The position numbers were made by a program, and so were the translations under genes. Source: Rhina ancylostomus (lineage: Eukaryota). From it: a DNA stretch of 64,000 nt. The notes under the pieces are model-generated. The model was not told where the DNA came from, made no database searches, and was given only the letters and a program-made list of their open reading frames with translations. Positions 1-13,146 of this stretch are shown here, piece after piece (position 1 is the stretch's first letter; the number at the start of each line of letters is the position of its first letter). Location of the stretch: positions 34,342,229 through 34,406,228 of the forward strand of contig JARFYF010000017.1 of the NCBI GenBank assembly GCA_030265395.1, read 5' to 3'.

Positions 1-19
1 CGGGGACAATTCAACCATG

Positions 20-180
20 GTGTTCAAAATGGAGCTGTGTAGGTAATCATAAGGAAATAAATTGTAGAGCTGTGTGAAGAATGTGGGGTTGTGGGACTAG
101 TTGGATTGCCTATGTTGAGCTGGCACAGACTTGATGGCTGAATGGCCTCCCTTTGTGCTGTAAACTTTCTGAATCTGATT
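20..180 (+). mobile_element. CR1/HER1-type LINE 3' terminal fragment
   Basis: Ends GGCACAGACTTGATGGCTGAATGGCCTCCCTTTGTGCTGTAAACTTTCTG, the CR1-type 3' tail that recurs near 4250, 35300, 42500, 45650 and 60520. Confidence 0.75.
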
Positions 181-3100
181 TGTATTTCTCTTTCATTCAT
201 TTTAGGAAAACTCATGCCAATCAAAGTTTTATTGCATAAAATTCATTTCAACCATTCCACCACATCCCTCTTTTCTCGAAAGGCTTACAAATCAGTACAG
301 ATTTATTTTAGTCCAATATAAATATTGTAACTTAGGGGAATAAGATGCAAATAATGATTTTGTAGATACCAAAGGACATGTGATTCATTCCCTTTGCTAT
401 GCTAAAATGGTCAAAATTTGCAAAGACTTCAGGCAAAATTTTACAGTGAGGTGCTCCGTGCTCTCATCTAGTTATTGAATANNNNNNNNNNTTCAGTTCA
501 CAATAAAAGGTTTCATCAGGACCCTATTGGCATGTTATGAGCATAACAGACAAGAACTGATTGCACAACATGATGGATTAGCAGTACATTTGGGAAAGAA
601 ACAGAAAACAGGAAATGCAAATTGCTGAGGTTACTAAAAGAAAGGACCAGCTTTTTGCCAGCATGTTCCTTATGCTATCCCACAGAGACTGCCTGCAATT
701 TGGCAGATCTTCCTAAAAAGTAAACAGAACACACCAAAGTAAAGCAACCTATCATAGACACTAAACCAAGAGGGATACTCTGAAGTGCTCTATGAAGGGA
801 AAAGTGGCATAGTGTGCCAAATAAACAAAAAACACTCGATCAGGACCATCTGCTGGGGAAGAGCTAAAGAGGAATGAGAGTCTGTNNNNNNNNNNNNNNN
901 NNNNNNNNNNNNNNNNNNNNNNNNNNNNNNNNNNNNNNNNNNNNNNNNNNNNNNNNNNNNNNNNNNNNNNNNNNNNNNNNNNNNNNNNNNNNNNNNNNNN
1001 NNNNNNNNNNNNNNNNNNNNNNNNNNNNNNNNNNNNNNNNNNNNNTGTGATAACAGTAGTTGCAACCCGAGCTGTGGAATGTGACATAGACGTCTTGATA
1101 TATACAGAATGCAATGTTGCCTATGGAAATGGGCCCCAGTTAAAACCAACGCAGCAATGACTTTAAATGGTACCCAAGCAAAGTATAAGTTTTGCTAGTG
1201 CCGGATTCAAAACTTGGGACAACTTTCAAATACTGGGAGCTTATCAGGCCAAAAGCTGCTGACGAACTGAGAATCCATCTGATTTTCGAAAGTAATGCAT
1301 CAGATTGAAAATTCCCTCATGGATTGATAATGTTTGTACCTTGGGTATTAAAGAAAGAACAGTCATCTTGTAAATTAAATTGTTAACCATTTTGTGGAAC
1401 ACTTATACTGTTTATAGATAAACATGAGAAGTTTGAAGTACTTGAAACCTGATCTGGCTGAAAGTGACTGTTTGGCAAATGGGCAAATTCAAAGACCTCC
1501 TGTGTGTTCACCCAGTTATTTTAATAATTTATGAAGATACAGAAAGCATTGCACAAATGAGCAAGTACAATTAATCAAATGACCTAAATCTGCAGTTAAA
1601 TACACAGTAAACCTGCTGTAAATTTTGTGAATTACTAAGGCTCTGTGAGTACTGCTGAAACCTGTTATTGATTTTCATTAGACAATATGGACCCCCAACC
1701 TTATCTTTTGGGTACACCCAGTGTTGTGGGGGTGGGGTATGGTTGTAGAATTAGGAAAGCAAAACTGGGCAGGATATGTCTTCTGATTATTTTTTCTGCA
1801 ATTTTCCAAGACAGACAAACTGGCCATCAAGGGATGTGGAGCTGGTAGGGGTAGGAGGTGGGAAAGATATAAAAGGCAGCACAAGTCTGCATCTGGGCAG
1901 GGAACAGATAGGTTAAGTCATTTTCTGGATTGGGAAAGATTGAGAGAATGGACAGTGATTTATGGGATTCCAGTTGCAGGTACAGGTGGTTTCATCACAA
2001 AGGGAAGGGAGCAGATGAAGGTGGGAGAGGGTTGGGCTAGCAGACAGATCATGGAGGTAGGTACAAAGGTAAGTTCATTGACCTGAGCAAGCACATCAAT
2101 TTTTTCTGGTCCATGTGCAGTCTAAGGCACTTACCTCCTTGAGCCCCTCAACTCCCTGTTGGACTTAAAGGCCTGGGAAGCTCAGCAATTTGCTGTTAAA
2201 AATAGAGTCTCTATCAGAATTAAGATGCACAGCCTTTGTAAAGTACTTAAAAAATCTGCTGACCATCAAGATGGATGACCATCTATATGTCCTTACTAAA
2301 AGAGCAGATGGTTAGGATCAAGGTTGGTTATTGTGCCAGTGAAGGGAGTGTACTGACTACCTTTGCAATAGGCAGTGACGGTAATACTTACTCCCTGCTT
2401 TGAAGTCAACTTGGAACTGTGAGCTTTATTGTAATTTATTAGAATGGAATCTGCACAATACGGTTGCCTGTTATTCCATGTGCAATTCTATTCTGAATAC
2501 ATTAAAGTAGAATTGCAGAAAATTATATAATCACAGGCATTTCTGAATTCACTGATATTATCCTACTGGAATACAGAATTGTCATCTTGCATTTATTTTC
2601 AATGTTAGTATCAAAATGCAGAAAACACTAACAGCAAGAGCCAACTACTTTGAAAGTTCCAAGAGGTAACCATTACCTCGCTTATTACAGATTTGGTTTT
2701 GGTTCCAGTAGTTTAAAACTGCAAGCTCAATGTTTTTATTTCATTGATGCATTTTTCGTACCATTTAACTATGTCAAATAAAGCCTCACTTGGACATGAA
2801 TTGATCTACTTCATAGAAACAATTTATTACCTGTTGACAGCTAAATATTCCGTCCATTCTCAGTGCCATTTTTCTTCAGATCAAAATATTGTAATTATTG
2901 AAGATTATATTTCCCCTTACTCTATGATGGGGTATTTTCCCACACTTTGTGCATTGGATGGGAATAAAATCTTATTTTTCCATATTTATATAGCAGCCAG
3001 AAACATAGCCAGATTTGTCCATGCAAGCACAATGAGGGGAGAATTGACTTTGATTCTTTGTCCCCTGCACGGTTGATAGCGTTAGCGCTGCATACTGAGT

Positions 3101-3554
3101 AGAGCTTACTTGAAANNNNNNNNNNNNNNNNNNNNNNNNNNNNNNNNNNNNNNNNNNNNNNNNNNNNNNNNNNNNNNNNNNNNNNNNNNNNNNNNNNNNN
3201 NNNNNNNNNNNNNNNNNNNNNNNNNNNNNNNNNNNNNNNNNNNNNNNNNNNNNNNNNNNNNNNNNNNNNNNNNNNNNNNNNNNNNNNNNNNNNNNNNNNN
3301 NNNNNNNNNNNNNNNNNNNNNNNNNNNNNNNNNNNNNNNNNNNNNNNNNNNNNNNNNNNNNNNNNNNNNNNNNNNNNNNNNNNNNNNNNNNNNNNNNNNN
3401 NNNNNNNNNNNNNNNNNNNNNNNNNNNNNNNNNNNNNNNNNNNGTGTGGCCCCAAACAAGCTAGACCTGAAAATACATCTATTGTGTTTTTCAGTGTGAA
3501 GATGTTCAAGGCCATATTTTCATTGCCTCAGCAACTTGTGAAGAGGCAGGTGAA

Positions 3555-3730
3555 CAAAATAAAAATAAGGAAAGTAGAAATCAGTAAGAGTTCAGGTCAA
3601 AGATCCTTCATCAGATCATTGATCTGATTTGTTGACCATCTCTGCTTCAACAGATGCTGCCCAACCAGAGTACGTCCAGCATTTTCTGTACTGTTACAGA
3701 TTTACAGGATCGGCAGTATCTTTTACTTTG
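3555..3730. mobile_element. Short non-autonomous Penelope-like element with head-to-head termini and a degenerate hammerhead core
   Basis: Minus strand 3590-3615 reads TCTGATGAAGGATCTTTGACCTGAAC (CUGAUGA...GAA). Plus strand continues ACAGATGCTGCCCAACCAGAGTACGTCCAGCATTTTCTGT...CAGATTTACAGGATCGGCAGTA, homologous to the terminus at 51990-52085. Confidence 0.6.
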
Positions 3731-3929
3731 GGAAAAATCCATCCCATTTTAGCCCAGTCATTTCTAGAAGGGGAAAAAAAACTATAAAACATTGTTTCGA
3801 TAGCACTTTTCTCTTTTTATATCTCCCCCTCCCTTCTCGAGAAGATATAGGGAGAAAGTAAAAGATGCAGAACATGATTTACCAAGTTACATCTGTCAAA
3901 AATATTGCATGGATTTATATTCTCTCTTC

Positions 3930-4270
3930 TAGGAAAGGTTGAGACTGACATGATTATAACTTAATATTATAAAACAGTTTGATGTGGAGAGTATAGGAAA
4001 AGCCAAATATAAGAGGCATGGCAACAATTCATTCAATTAAGAATTCAGACAAAACTGTTCTTACCCATACAGTGAGTATATGTGGAGCCAGGTATCTCAA
4101 AGACCAGATGAGGTGCATAAGATGGATGCATTTGAGGGAAAGCCAGGTAAAAACACGGAGAAAGGAAAACAAAGTTATATGGAAAGGGCAAGATGAAGAG
4201 GAGGAGGCGGTAGATTGTGGTGAGGGAGGGATAGAATGGCAGGTTGGGCTGAATGGCCTGTTCTGTGACA
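3930..4270 (+). mobile_element. Degenerate CR1-type LINE 3' fragment
   Basis: AGGTTGAGACTGACATGATT start, and tail GGGCTGAATGGCCTGTTCTGTG. Confidence 0.6.
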
Positions 4271-6244
4271 CACACACAGTGCAAAGTCTCCTATCCTGGC
4301 AAACCCCGGGAAGTGATCTTGCTCCTGGTCAAATCTGTCATCAGTGAATGGAGTCAAATGGAAGAATACAAGGTGTTGGGAATTAGCTCTGCAGGGGATA
4401 GTAAGGAAGTGAGGAGGATTGAAGCATTAGGTTACATGCTTATAGACTTTAACTGCAGGGGTTCAAGTCCAAAAAGATATCAGTTGACAAGTTAGAGGCA
4501 CTTAGTGTTTCACATGGCCAAAGCCTAACAAAGGAGATAGGCAAAAGTGTGTGATGAGGGGGTGGTCTGGTTCACAGAGGCTAAGGTTGGGAATTGGAGG
4601 TGGGAAGAGCCCAGGTAGTTTCATTTGTTGAAGTAGAGTGAGGGGATATAATAGTCAGGATGTTCAATATGCAGAAGGGAGTCAACAGGGTGTCTTGATT
4701 GCAAGCAGAGCCTAGATTGGGGAAAGAGTGCAGATGTAGGAGAATATTTTCCAACTACAGTCATGTTGGCTGATTACAGTTGGCTGTAGCTAACAGATGG
4801 TAGAGGGAGTTGGAAGGTTTTACCGATTAGCTTACAAAACTTAAAGGAACCTCTCAATATTTGCACCCTGTAGAGCTGTAAAATCATTGACCTGTGGATT
4901 CAGTGGTCCTCATCATCGTCCAGTCCACAGCTGGAAATCCCAGTTCTCTGTGGTTAGAAATGGAGCAACTCTTGAAATTAATTCACAGCTATGCTCACTG
5001 GGCTAAAACGTCCCTGCCTGTGGGTAGTGGTTCTGTAGGGAAATGCCAGTGTTGTCCTCCTCAGTCATCGCAGACTTCCACACCAGCAAAGTCACAGATG
5101 AGATGGTGATGGAGGTGAGATACCAGCAGATCCGACTTCCCTGCTCTGTTATTTGACTTGCCAAGGAGTCCAGGCATGAAGCACAGATAAGGAGAGGCTG
5201 GAATGACTACTCCTGACTCCTTAGCTGTACAACAAGGATGGCTCAGGTAAGTAGCAATTCTCTCCCCCCATCCCCGCCCCGTATGAACAATGTCACCGAG
5301 TCAATTGAGAAAGTCATTTCAGGTAAGTGGTTTACTTATGTTTTTAAATTCATTTCCAGCAAACATAGTTAAGTAAATTTTATAAAACTTATTTTAGTAT
5401 TTTAATTCAGTCTATTTGAATTGTTTTCTTAAAATGTTTCCAGTTAGAAGCATTTGAAAATAGTTCATAGGCGTTTGACAACAGTGAACTCAACCAGGTC
5501 AGTTATAGTATTTAAATAAACAATTCTTTTGCACGACTNNNNNNNNNNNNNNNNNNNNNNNNNNNNNNNNNNNNNNNNNNNNNNNNNNNNNNNNNNNNNN
5601 NNNNNNNNNNNNNNNNNNNNNNNNNNNNNNNNNNNNNNNNNNNNNNNNNNNNNNNNNNNNNNNNNNNNNNNNNNNNNNNNNNNNNNNNNNNNNNNNNNNN
5701 NNNNNNNNNNNNNNNNNNNNNNNNNNNNNNNNNNNNNNNNNNNNNNNNNNNNNNNNNNNNNNNNNNNNNNNNNNNNNNNNNNNNNNNNNNNNNNNNNNNN
5801 NNNTCTGCCGAAAAGCAAGGAAAATCTAAAAATAAGCTTTTCAGACACATTAAATTGATGAGTACTGCTACTCAGGAGACATTATATTTTTCATGCATTG
5901 TATTTTTAAAAATCAGTTTTCTTGATAAAAGATAAATTATATAATTGGCCAGGGCTCTAAACATTTTTAATTAGAATTAAATGATCTTTTTTTCATCCAT
6001 CTCTGAAAAGGTGCCATAATTATAAGGCATACTGTTCTTGAAAGTATTAAAATCAGTGGAGAAGGAGTGAAGACACATGGTTATGGAATATCAGGAATTC
6101 TTTGAATACGGATTGCAATAAAATCTGGAAAAAAAACATTCTAGGATCCTCCAACTCTAATACGCTTTGATTTGCAATTTGGAAATCATTATGCACCCTC
6201 AGCAGGAGAACTATACTTATTTTTCAAATTATTTCTGTCATAGT

Positions 6245-6340
6245 CTCATTCTGCTCCTTCCCCACAGATGCTACCTGACCTGCTGAGTATTCCTTGAGTT
6301 TTCTACTACAGATTTCCACAGTATCTGTATTTTTTGCTTC
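6245..6340 (+). mobile_element. Penelope-like terminal fragment
   Basis: CCCACAGATGCTACCTGACCTGCTGAGTATTCC...CAGATTTCCACAGTATCTGTATTTTTTGC, matching the copies at 14340 and 52000. Confidence 0.65.
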
Positions 6341-7263
6341 TTATTATGCCCTTTTCCCATTGAAGCTTAAAAGAGAATGATTAAAAGAAAATAGAGACAA
6401 TTAGCTGTGACTGACAAATTTCATAAGCTGTGAAAATATTAATTTGATATATCATAGTTCCCAAATTTGCATAACGGTGACAGCATTTTGAAGGCAAGCT
6501 GCTGGTTTTAGGAGAACCTAGAGGATATGATTAAAACATTATAATGCCAGCTCTTTCTTTTTCATTAACATTCCAAAATGGCTTCATATTAGTGTAAAAA
6601 TCTAAATAGGTAGAGGTAAGAATACTTATCTAAACATGTTCTGCAGGTCTAATTTACTACAAGATTAGAAGCATGGGCAAAAAGCTGCAGCCTTGGATTT
6701 GTGAGAATGGTCTCTGTTGGTGACAGAGGTGGCAGCTGCATTCCCAAATGGAGTGAGGGTGGTGAGGATTCAATTTGTTCTCAGGATCGCATGATTGGGT
6801 CCAAGAAGGCCCAATGATGCTCTGTGAGGTAATTAGAGAGAGCACTGCTGCTCCTCATGGTCCACAAGGAACACTAAAAGGAACTGATCTTTAGAAAGGA
6901 ATGGACAGACAGCATCTCCCACCTTGGATATGCCGCCAGGAAATGCATTGCAGGGGCACTTACAATTTATGATGTCGTCAGGCGGTGATTTTTAATGTTA
7001 ACATTCCTGCCTTATTGATGGTCTAACCTAAGGTTGTAACAGTTTAGATAGTGGAAAAACAGGTTAGTTTGGGATCAGGTTGCTCATTTATGAAGGTCTT
7101 TTCCTTCCCTTCTGTGGTAGACAGTTACAATCACATACCCATCTGTCTGACTTCAGTTTTAGGCCACCTCTTCCTGCATTTTGTTATAGCCTACTTGATA
7201 TGATACGTTTCGATACAGATATCAAAGATGTCTCAATGCAAGAGCAATTCATATGAGGTATAT

Positions 7264-7398
7264 TCATGCTGTTGACTGGTATCGAGAACATAGTGGACGC
7301 TGCTGGCAATTTGGGTTTATCTTAGCTTTTTGAGCCATCTGACATAATTCCTCCACAAATCCCACAGCTGCATTCACAAACTTTGAATCTTCAGCCAC
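7264..7398 (-). CDS. Candidate terminal coding exon of an unidentified minus-strand gene (VAEDSKFVNAAVGFVEELCQMAQKAKINPNCQQRPLCSRYQSTA*)
   Basis: Acceptor cctttaacgttctacag|GTG, phase 0, 44 codons then TGA. Joins in frame to the candidate exon ending at 12939. Confidence 0.45.
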   Translation of the reverse strand: MAEDSKFVNAAVGFVEELCQMAQKAKINPNCQQRPLCSRYQSTA

Positions 7399-10300
7399 CT
7401 GTAGAACGTTAAAGGATCTTAGTTTCAGGTGCAGTATGACTGGCCCCATAATGGTTTCTTTTTGTAACAAAAATCATAATTTGAGGAAATGTTCATTTCA
7501 AAATTACTGCTTTTGTCATTTGCAGGCAGAATACACAAGTGCATATGAAAGAAAGGGTGGAATGTAAGATGTGCAAGTCATTAGTAAAATACCTTGGAAG
7601 AGAAAAATAGCTTCTTTTTATTTCAAAATGTGCATTTCTTCCTTGGAAGTTTATTACAATTGTTTCAGACAAGTTTAAACAGCCTGGTTTTTAAATAGAT
7701 ATTTGTTATACGGTAGATTCCGCTCATATGGCAGATTCCGCTGTTAAAGCCTACTATTTTTCACTGTTCTTTCATTTGATTATTCCAGTACTTTGAAAAT
7801 TGAAGTACAGCATTCACTCTTTAAATGCAGAAAGTTTCTAATCCATTTTGAAGGAATTCCATGATATGAGGCTCAGAAGATAGAAGTAACGAGACCCTGC
7901 AGGATTTATTACTGTATTGCTTTAACTAGCTTTTTCTGGTTCCCCATTTAGAAATGCTTAGTAATGTAATTCTTTGAAAGTAAATTTGATTGAGTTCATA
8001 CAAATTGCTCACTAATCAAATCTTAAGTAACATTTTTTTCTTTGAATGGAGTAAAGTTGCTCCTCACATTTTTAGACAGATCTTAAACTATGGTGCTTTT
8101 GTTTTGTCAAAACAATGCCAGTCATAAGTTAAAAACAGATGTTTCACTTTTTGTATGTTTAATGTTGACAATCGATATTCAGTTCAAATAAAAGCTGTTT
8201 GGAAACTTCAGAGAATTAGCAGTGCCAAAAGATTGCTGACATGTTCAACTGCATTTGTCACTAATCCTTTGATCATGCAGAGCAAAGAAAAGGGGTCACC
8301 AAAATCAAGCTGTTACTTGCTCTTTCTCAGCTTTACATCATGCAAATATATTTACTACAGAAAATGCAATATTTATGGAACAGATGACTTACAAGTTAAA
8401 TAAAAGGGGCTGCTTTAAACACTGTATATACAATATCAAGCCTTGCTGGGAACAATTTTAAATACTCAGGTGGTAAAAGGTACCTATGGAGCCACCTTAT
8501 GAAGGTACCTGGGCTAAAGAACAACATCGTACCCTATAATTGCCATTTTTAAAAACACAAGTTGACAAATGGAAATCTGTTCAAATGCAATGTAATTTGA
8601 CTCAAAATTATCCTACCTCCAGGATCCTTTTTTTTGTATATAACTGCAATAGTAATAGCAGGTATATTGTGGTGGTTTTGCTGTAAACAGTTGCTGGCAA
8701 ATTATGTTTTCCAGCTGANNNNNNNNNNNNNNNNNNNNNNNNNNNNNNNNNNNNNNNNNNNNNNNNNNNNNNNNNNNNNNNNNNNNNNNNNNNNNNNNNN
8801 NNNNNNNNNNNNNNNNNNNNNNNNNNNNNNNNNNNNNNNNNNNNNNNNNNNNNNNNNNNNNNNNNNNNNNNNNNNNNNNNNNNNNNNNNNNNNNNNNNNN
8901 NNNNNNNNNNNNNNNNNNNNNNNNNNNNNNNNNNNNNNNNNNNNNNNNNNNNNNNNNNNNNNNNNNNNNNNNNNNNNNNNNNNNNNNNNNNNNNNNNNNN
9001 NNNNNNNNNNNNNNNNNNNNNNNNNNNNNNNNNNNNNNNNNNNNNNNNNNNNNNNNNNNNNNNNNNNNNNNNNNNNNNNNNNNNNNNNNNNNNNNNNNNN
9101 NNNNNNNNNNNNNNNNNNNNNNNNNNNNNNNNNNNCAGATAGAAAAGCACTCTTAATATTAAGCTTCCTAATGTGGCCGAGTGTGATCTGATGCCATTGT
9201 GCACATTGTGACTTCTATTTATTATTACCCAATTTTTTTTTAATGCCTTGATGGCTCATGGGCCAGGGATGATATATGTTCATAATTCACGTCTTTGGAA
9301 TTTATTAATGAAAAGGGTAATTTAATTTTACTATCTTTAAAGTTTTACTTAATATTGAGGAGACTAGAAGTGTTTTAGAAAAGGATCTAATTATTGTCTA
9401 GACTTCATACAAGTCTGCTCAGTCCTCTAAGTTGTTTGCTGATGTGGTTGTTAATCAAAAGGCAGGATTAAACAAACCCTTTACAAATTATCTTATGATG
9501 AAACTTACCCTGAGGGGTTTGTTGAGAATGAATGAAAGATTTAGAAAAAGTGGCATTTAAAAAAGCCAGCTCCCTCATGGTTATAGAATGATATGAATAT
9601 TAAAATGAACTGTTGGTTTCAAAACTACAACAATGAACCCCAGCAAAGCAGTTCTAATTTTAAAATTACTTTCAATTTGGTATTTCAGTTATACTGTGTA
9701 AAAATAGCTTTTTAGCAAATGCCCAAAGTTTTGCAGTTTTCTTCGAGCATTGCTGGCTTGGTAAGAGAATAGTTGTAAAATTAGACACACAGTTTCCCTC
9801 CTCTGCCTCAACATTGTATATGGATGGGGAAGGTAGTTTATAAACCTACACTGTTATGCCATACCATCCAATATCAATGCTTTTCATGCATATCAGTGCT
9901 TGTTTTACTCCCATTGCCAGGGGCTTCCAAACTTTATGCCAGAACTTTAATATTCCTCTGTATGATCAAGATCGCTTCAGAAGATATCCTACCTATTATT
10001 ATTATTAATTACTGCTCATGTTTCATGTGTTCATATCAGTAATTGATTTGAAACAAAGTCAAAATAAACCACAGAAAAGTGAATCTCACACCAAATGTTG
10101 AAAAAAAGTTTCAAAATTATTCATTCGAGCTCGTTTTTAATAGACATAAATACAAAAACATAGTTTATTTAAAATACAATTCATATATAACCACTTCCAA
10201 CACAAGGGTGGAATATGCCATTCATGTGAATTGTGACAAGAGAATATTTGTTACTAATACTTGATCAGAGCAATAATCATCAAGTAATGAGTACCACTGG

Positions 10301-10745
10301 GTGAGAGGTTCACAAGAACAGAATTTATAAACTGTGGGTGACAAAAACTCTTATGCACTCATATGCTGAGATCGATAACACCTTTAGGTTATAGGCACAA
10401 GTATTTTGTTGCTTTTTTAAATATATAAATGACATCCAATTTGTTTATAGTTGTTGTTTGTCAGTCACGTTGACTTCACAGCAGTAGTTCTGATGCAAAG
10501 CAATCCCCATACCCCCAAGACAACATGAAACTGTAAGCACACAAGGAGCTTTAAAATACGTCTCCATCCTGCTTTACTTCAACACAAGAATATTTATTCC
10601 TTCCCCTTGCAGGATAGCTAAATTCATGAGTAAACTCAAAATATGCAAGGTACAGGTTTGTATTCTGCATGGGTCAAGATTCATACAATGGAACTACATG
10701 ACCTTGTGTCAGTCCCTGTCTGTTCACCACCCATTGAAAAGCACT

Positions 10746-10830
10746 TTTATTCAATGGTTGCTTTATTGGTAATGAATGAGGCAGACAAAGAATGCTTCAT
10801 TCATTACTAACAAAAAACATATGGAATAAA
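10746..10830 (+). repeat. Long imperfect inverted repeat (hairpin)
   Basis: TTGGTAATGAATGAGGCA (10766-10783) pairs with TGCTTCATTCATTACTAA (10793-10810) around a 9-nt loop. Imperfect pairing extends out to TTTATTC/GAATAAA. Confidence 0.8.
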
Positions 10831-12014
10831 TTTTACTCAATAGACAACATTTCTTTGTCTGACTTATTATGCAAGCTTGAATTCAAATGATCATCCCCAC
10901 CTTTAGAATCATAGGCCAGATATTAATCCTCAGTTACACTGCAACTAAAAATACAAACTCTGCCACCTTTTGAATACTGTATAATTTTCTTTTGGTTAAG
11001 TAATCACAGGATATGAGATTAGTATATCCGTGGTTGGCAAAACTGAAAAGTCANNNNNNNNNNNNNAGGATCCACTGTCGCTGAGCTAAAGTAGAATGAA
11101 TAGTAACTTGTTACTGCAGTATTGTTAAACATAAAACTGTGGTACAATAAATAGAAAATATATAAAAAATGTAGATTTTGATTTGGGATATGTATTTAAA
11201 TCATATTTATTTTGAAGAGACAAAGGATACCAGTGTTTAAAAGGTGGCTCCATCATTATGTCCCTTCTCAAGGCTGAAACTTGTCATTAGATTAGAAACT
11301 GCCTGTGAGAAGGTTTATTCTGTTTCAAGGGTCATAGTACATATAATGAGAAACAGTGGTATGGAGGTTGTTGTAAATGTTTCTGCTTATTGAGCAGTTT
11401 TTTTCGCTTGGTTCTCTCCTGATATTGTACATACGTACAGCTGCTAGACTATTTGCCTCCAATTTTCTACCCTCCAGTCTCAAGGATGCTGGTTCCAAAT
11501 GGCATCTACTTAAAACAAGTGCTTTCAGGACATTCAATCTCAAAAGGCATCACAATCAAATTCTCAGATGCACATCTTTAAGCAGGGATTATTGATTCAT
11601 AATCAGGAACCAGTGACCAGCTGACTTTCTCCTCCTGACAGTTGGTCAGTTGCTTTACCTTTTTTAATCGTAAATGTTAATTATCTATAGATCATGTCCC
11701 TGAAGATCCAAGAAAGACTCATCACAGATTTACCCACAGCTCAGGGCTTTGCTTCTCCTTTCATCAATAGCCTTTTAAAAAGAGAAGTGGTTATTCCCCA
11801 CAAGGGCTAAGGCAACCCTAGAAAGTTTAACACAAGGCAGAAATCTGGCATTAACTGGTCCTTGGGTCTAGCTTTCACATGGTCCCAGGGTCTAACATTC
11901 AACCATTGCTGCTGAAATTCACCTGGAATTGACCAGAATTGCCATGCATATAGGGGTAATTATTTTCATTCATTTTCTACCTTCACCCCATAATCCATGA
12001 AGATTGGAATATGG

Positions 12015-12170
12015 TTTCATAGAATAGGAGGTCATTCAGCTCATTGAGTTCTGGAAGAGCAAGCCCATCTGTTCAATTTCCCAATAGTGTCCTTCAGGTA
12101 TCTATACAATTCCCTTTAGAAAGCACTGATTGATTTTGTTTCTACCTTTTCTACAGGCAGCGAATTTTAA
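12015..12170 (-). mobile_element. Degenerate CR1-type LINE 3' fragment
   Basis: Plus strand CATAGAATAGGAGGTCATTCAGCTCATTGAG...TATACAATTCCCTTTAGAAAG...ACAGGCAGCGAATT is the reverse complement of a CR1 3' end. Confidence 0.6.
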
Positions 12171-12938
12171 TGTCTTGTCAGCCTCCTGATACGGTAGCCT
12201 TTCAGAAGTCAGAAGTTCCAGGAGAGATGTTTGATCACAGGCTTCTCACAGCCAGGCCCAAACTCATCCATTTCCTCACCACAATAACAGGCCAGTGGAT
12301 AGAAACTGGCAGGGGCATTTATGGACAGTTTCCCCTTCATTAGCCTGGGATGGGGACTAAGGTACAAATCACATGCTTGCAAATCCTTCCATTAGTATTC
12401 CATATATGAAAAAAAAGTCGTATTCATTTCTGAACCTGCAAGTCCTTGGCTAATCAGATTGGCTTTAAATAGTTTAACAAAGAAAGTCAACACTACTCAC
12501 GTAATATTATCATCATCAACAGAATTTATGTTTGCCAAAGCTATTCTCACAATCTCTAATTCAAATTAAACTTGGGGTTTTCCTTTAAGGCCTAGGTTTT
12601 AAACAGTTCATCAGGTTACTTCTATGCATTCAGGGATGAGACTGGGTCTCAATTTAGAAATAAAATCCAGCACACATCATAAAAAAAACAAATGCAGTGC
12701 TTTAAAAATACCATATAGTCTGACAACATTAAGTTGGTTGTTAGGCAGCAGATCACATCAGGAAGCAGTGTTTGTCAGTTTTCAGAGCATTTGGGCAGAC
12801 TACACTTTAGAACAGGAAAGCAATAAAATAAAAGAAGGATTATCAAACCTGATGGAGATGGAGTGTAAAATCTTCGGGACAGTAACCTTCTACATCTATG
12901 GTCTCAGATTTTGATTTAAACCACTTCGATCAATTTAC

Positions 12939-13146
12939 CTTCATCAGCATAATTCTTTCTGGAGCTTTGAAGAAAATCCTTTCAAGTTGATATTTCACAG
13001 TATTAACCAATTCAAATACCTGCTGCAAGTCATTTAATGCAGCTTGCTTCCATACTCTGGACAGCTGCAATAATACCACCACCTGGCATCTTCTAAGGAG
13101 ACCAGAAATAACAGGACTGTACAGTAAGTTCACTCTGTAAAGATAC
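12939..13146 (-). CDS. Candidate internal coding exon (YLYRVNLLYSPVISGLLRRCQVVVLLQLSRVWKQAALNDLQQVFELVNTVKYQLERIFFKAPERIMLMK)
   Basis: Only one open frame. Acceptor ttttacatgctcccaaag| at 13146 (alternative tctttacag| at 13134, same phase 2). Donor AAG|gtaaat at 12939, phase 0. Confidence 0.45.

Noticed and set aside
4440-5330. Possible antisense LINE endonuclease region, plus two plus-strand CAG|gtaagt donor sites near 5247 and 5322
   Set aside because: Motif similarity is too weak, and no convincing acceptor or frame pairs with the donors.
7708-7745. TA-CGGTAGATTCCGCT with a repeated AGATTCCGCT, resembling a pogo-type TIR
   Set aside because: No partner TIR found; too short to call.
761-9204. 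Long ORFs in the track containing X runs (also near 22400, 27800, 54100 and 57600)
   Set aside because: They are open only because they span N gaps; there is no coding evidence apart from the TE motifs noted.
11325-11543. Minus-strand ORF with a gtatgt donor as an additional exon
   Set aside because: Acceptors are weak and the phases do not fit between the 12939 and 7398 candidates.
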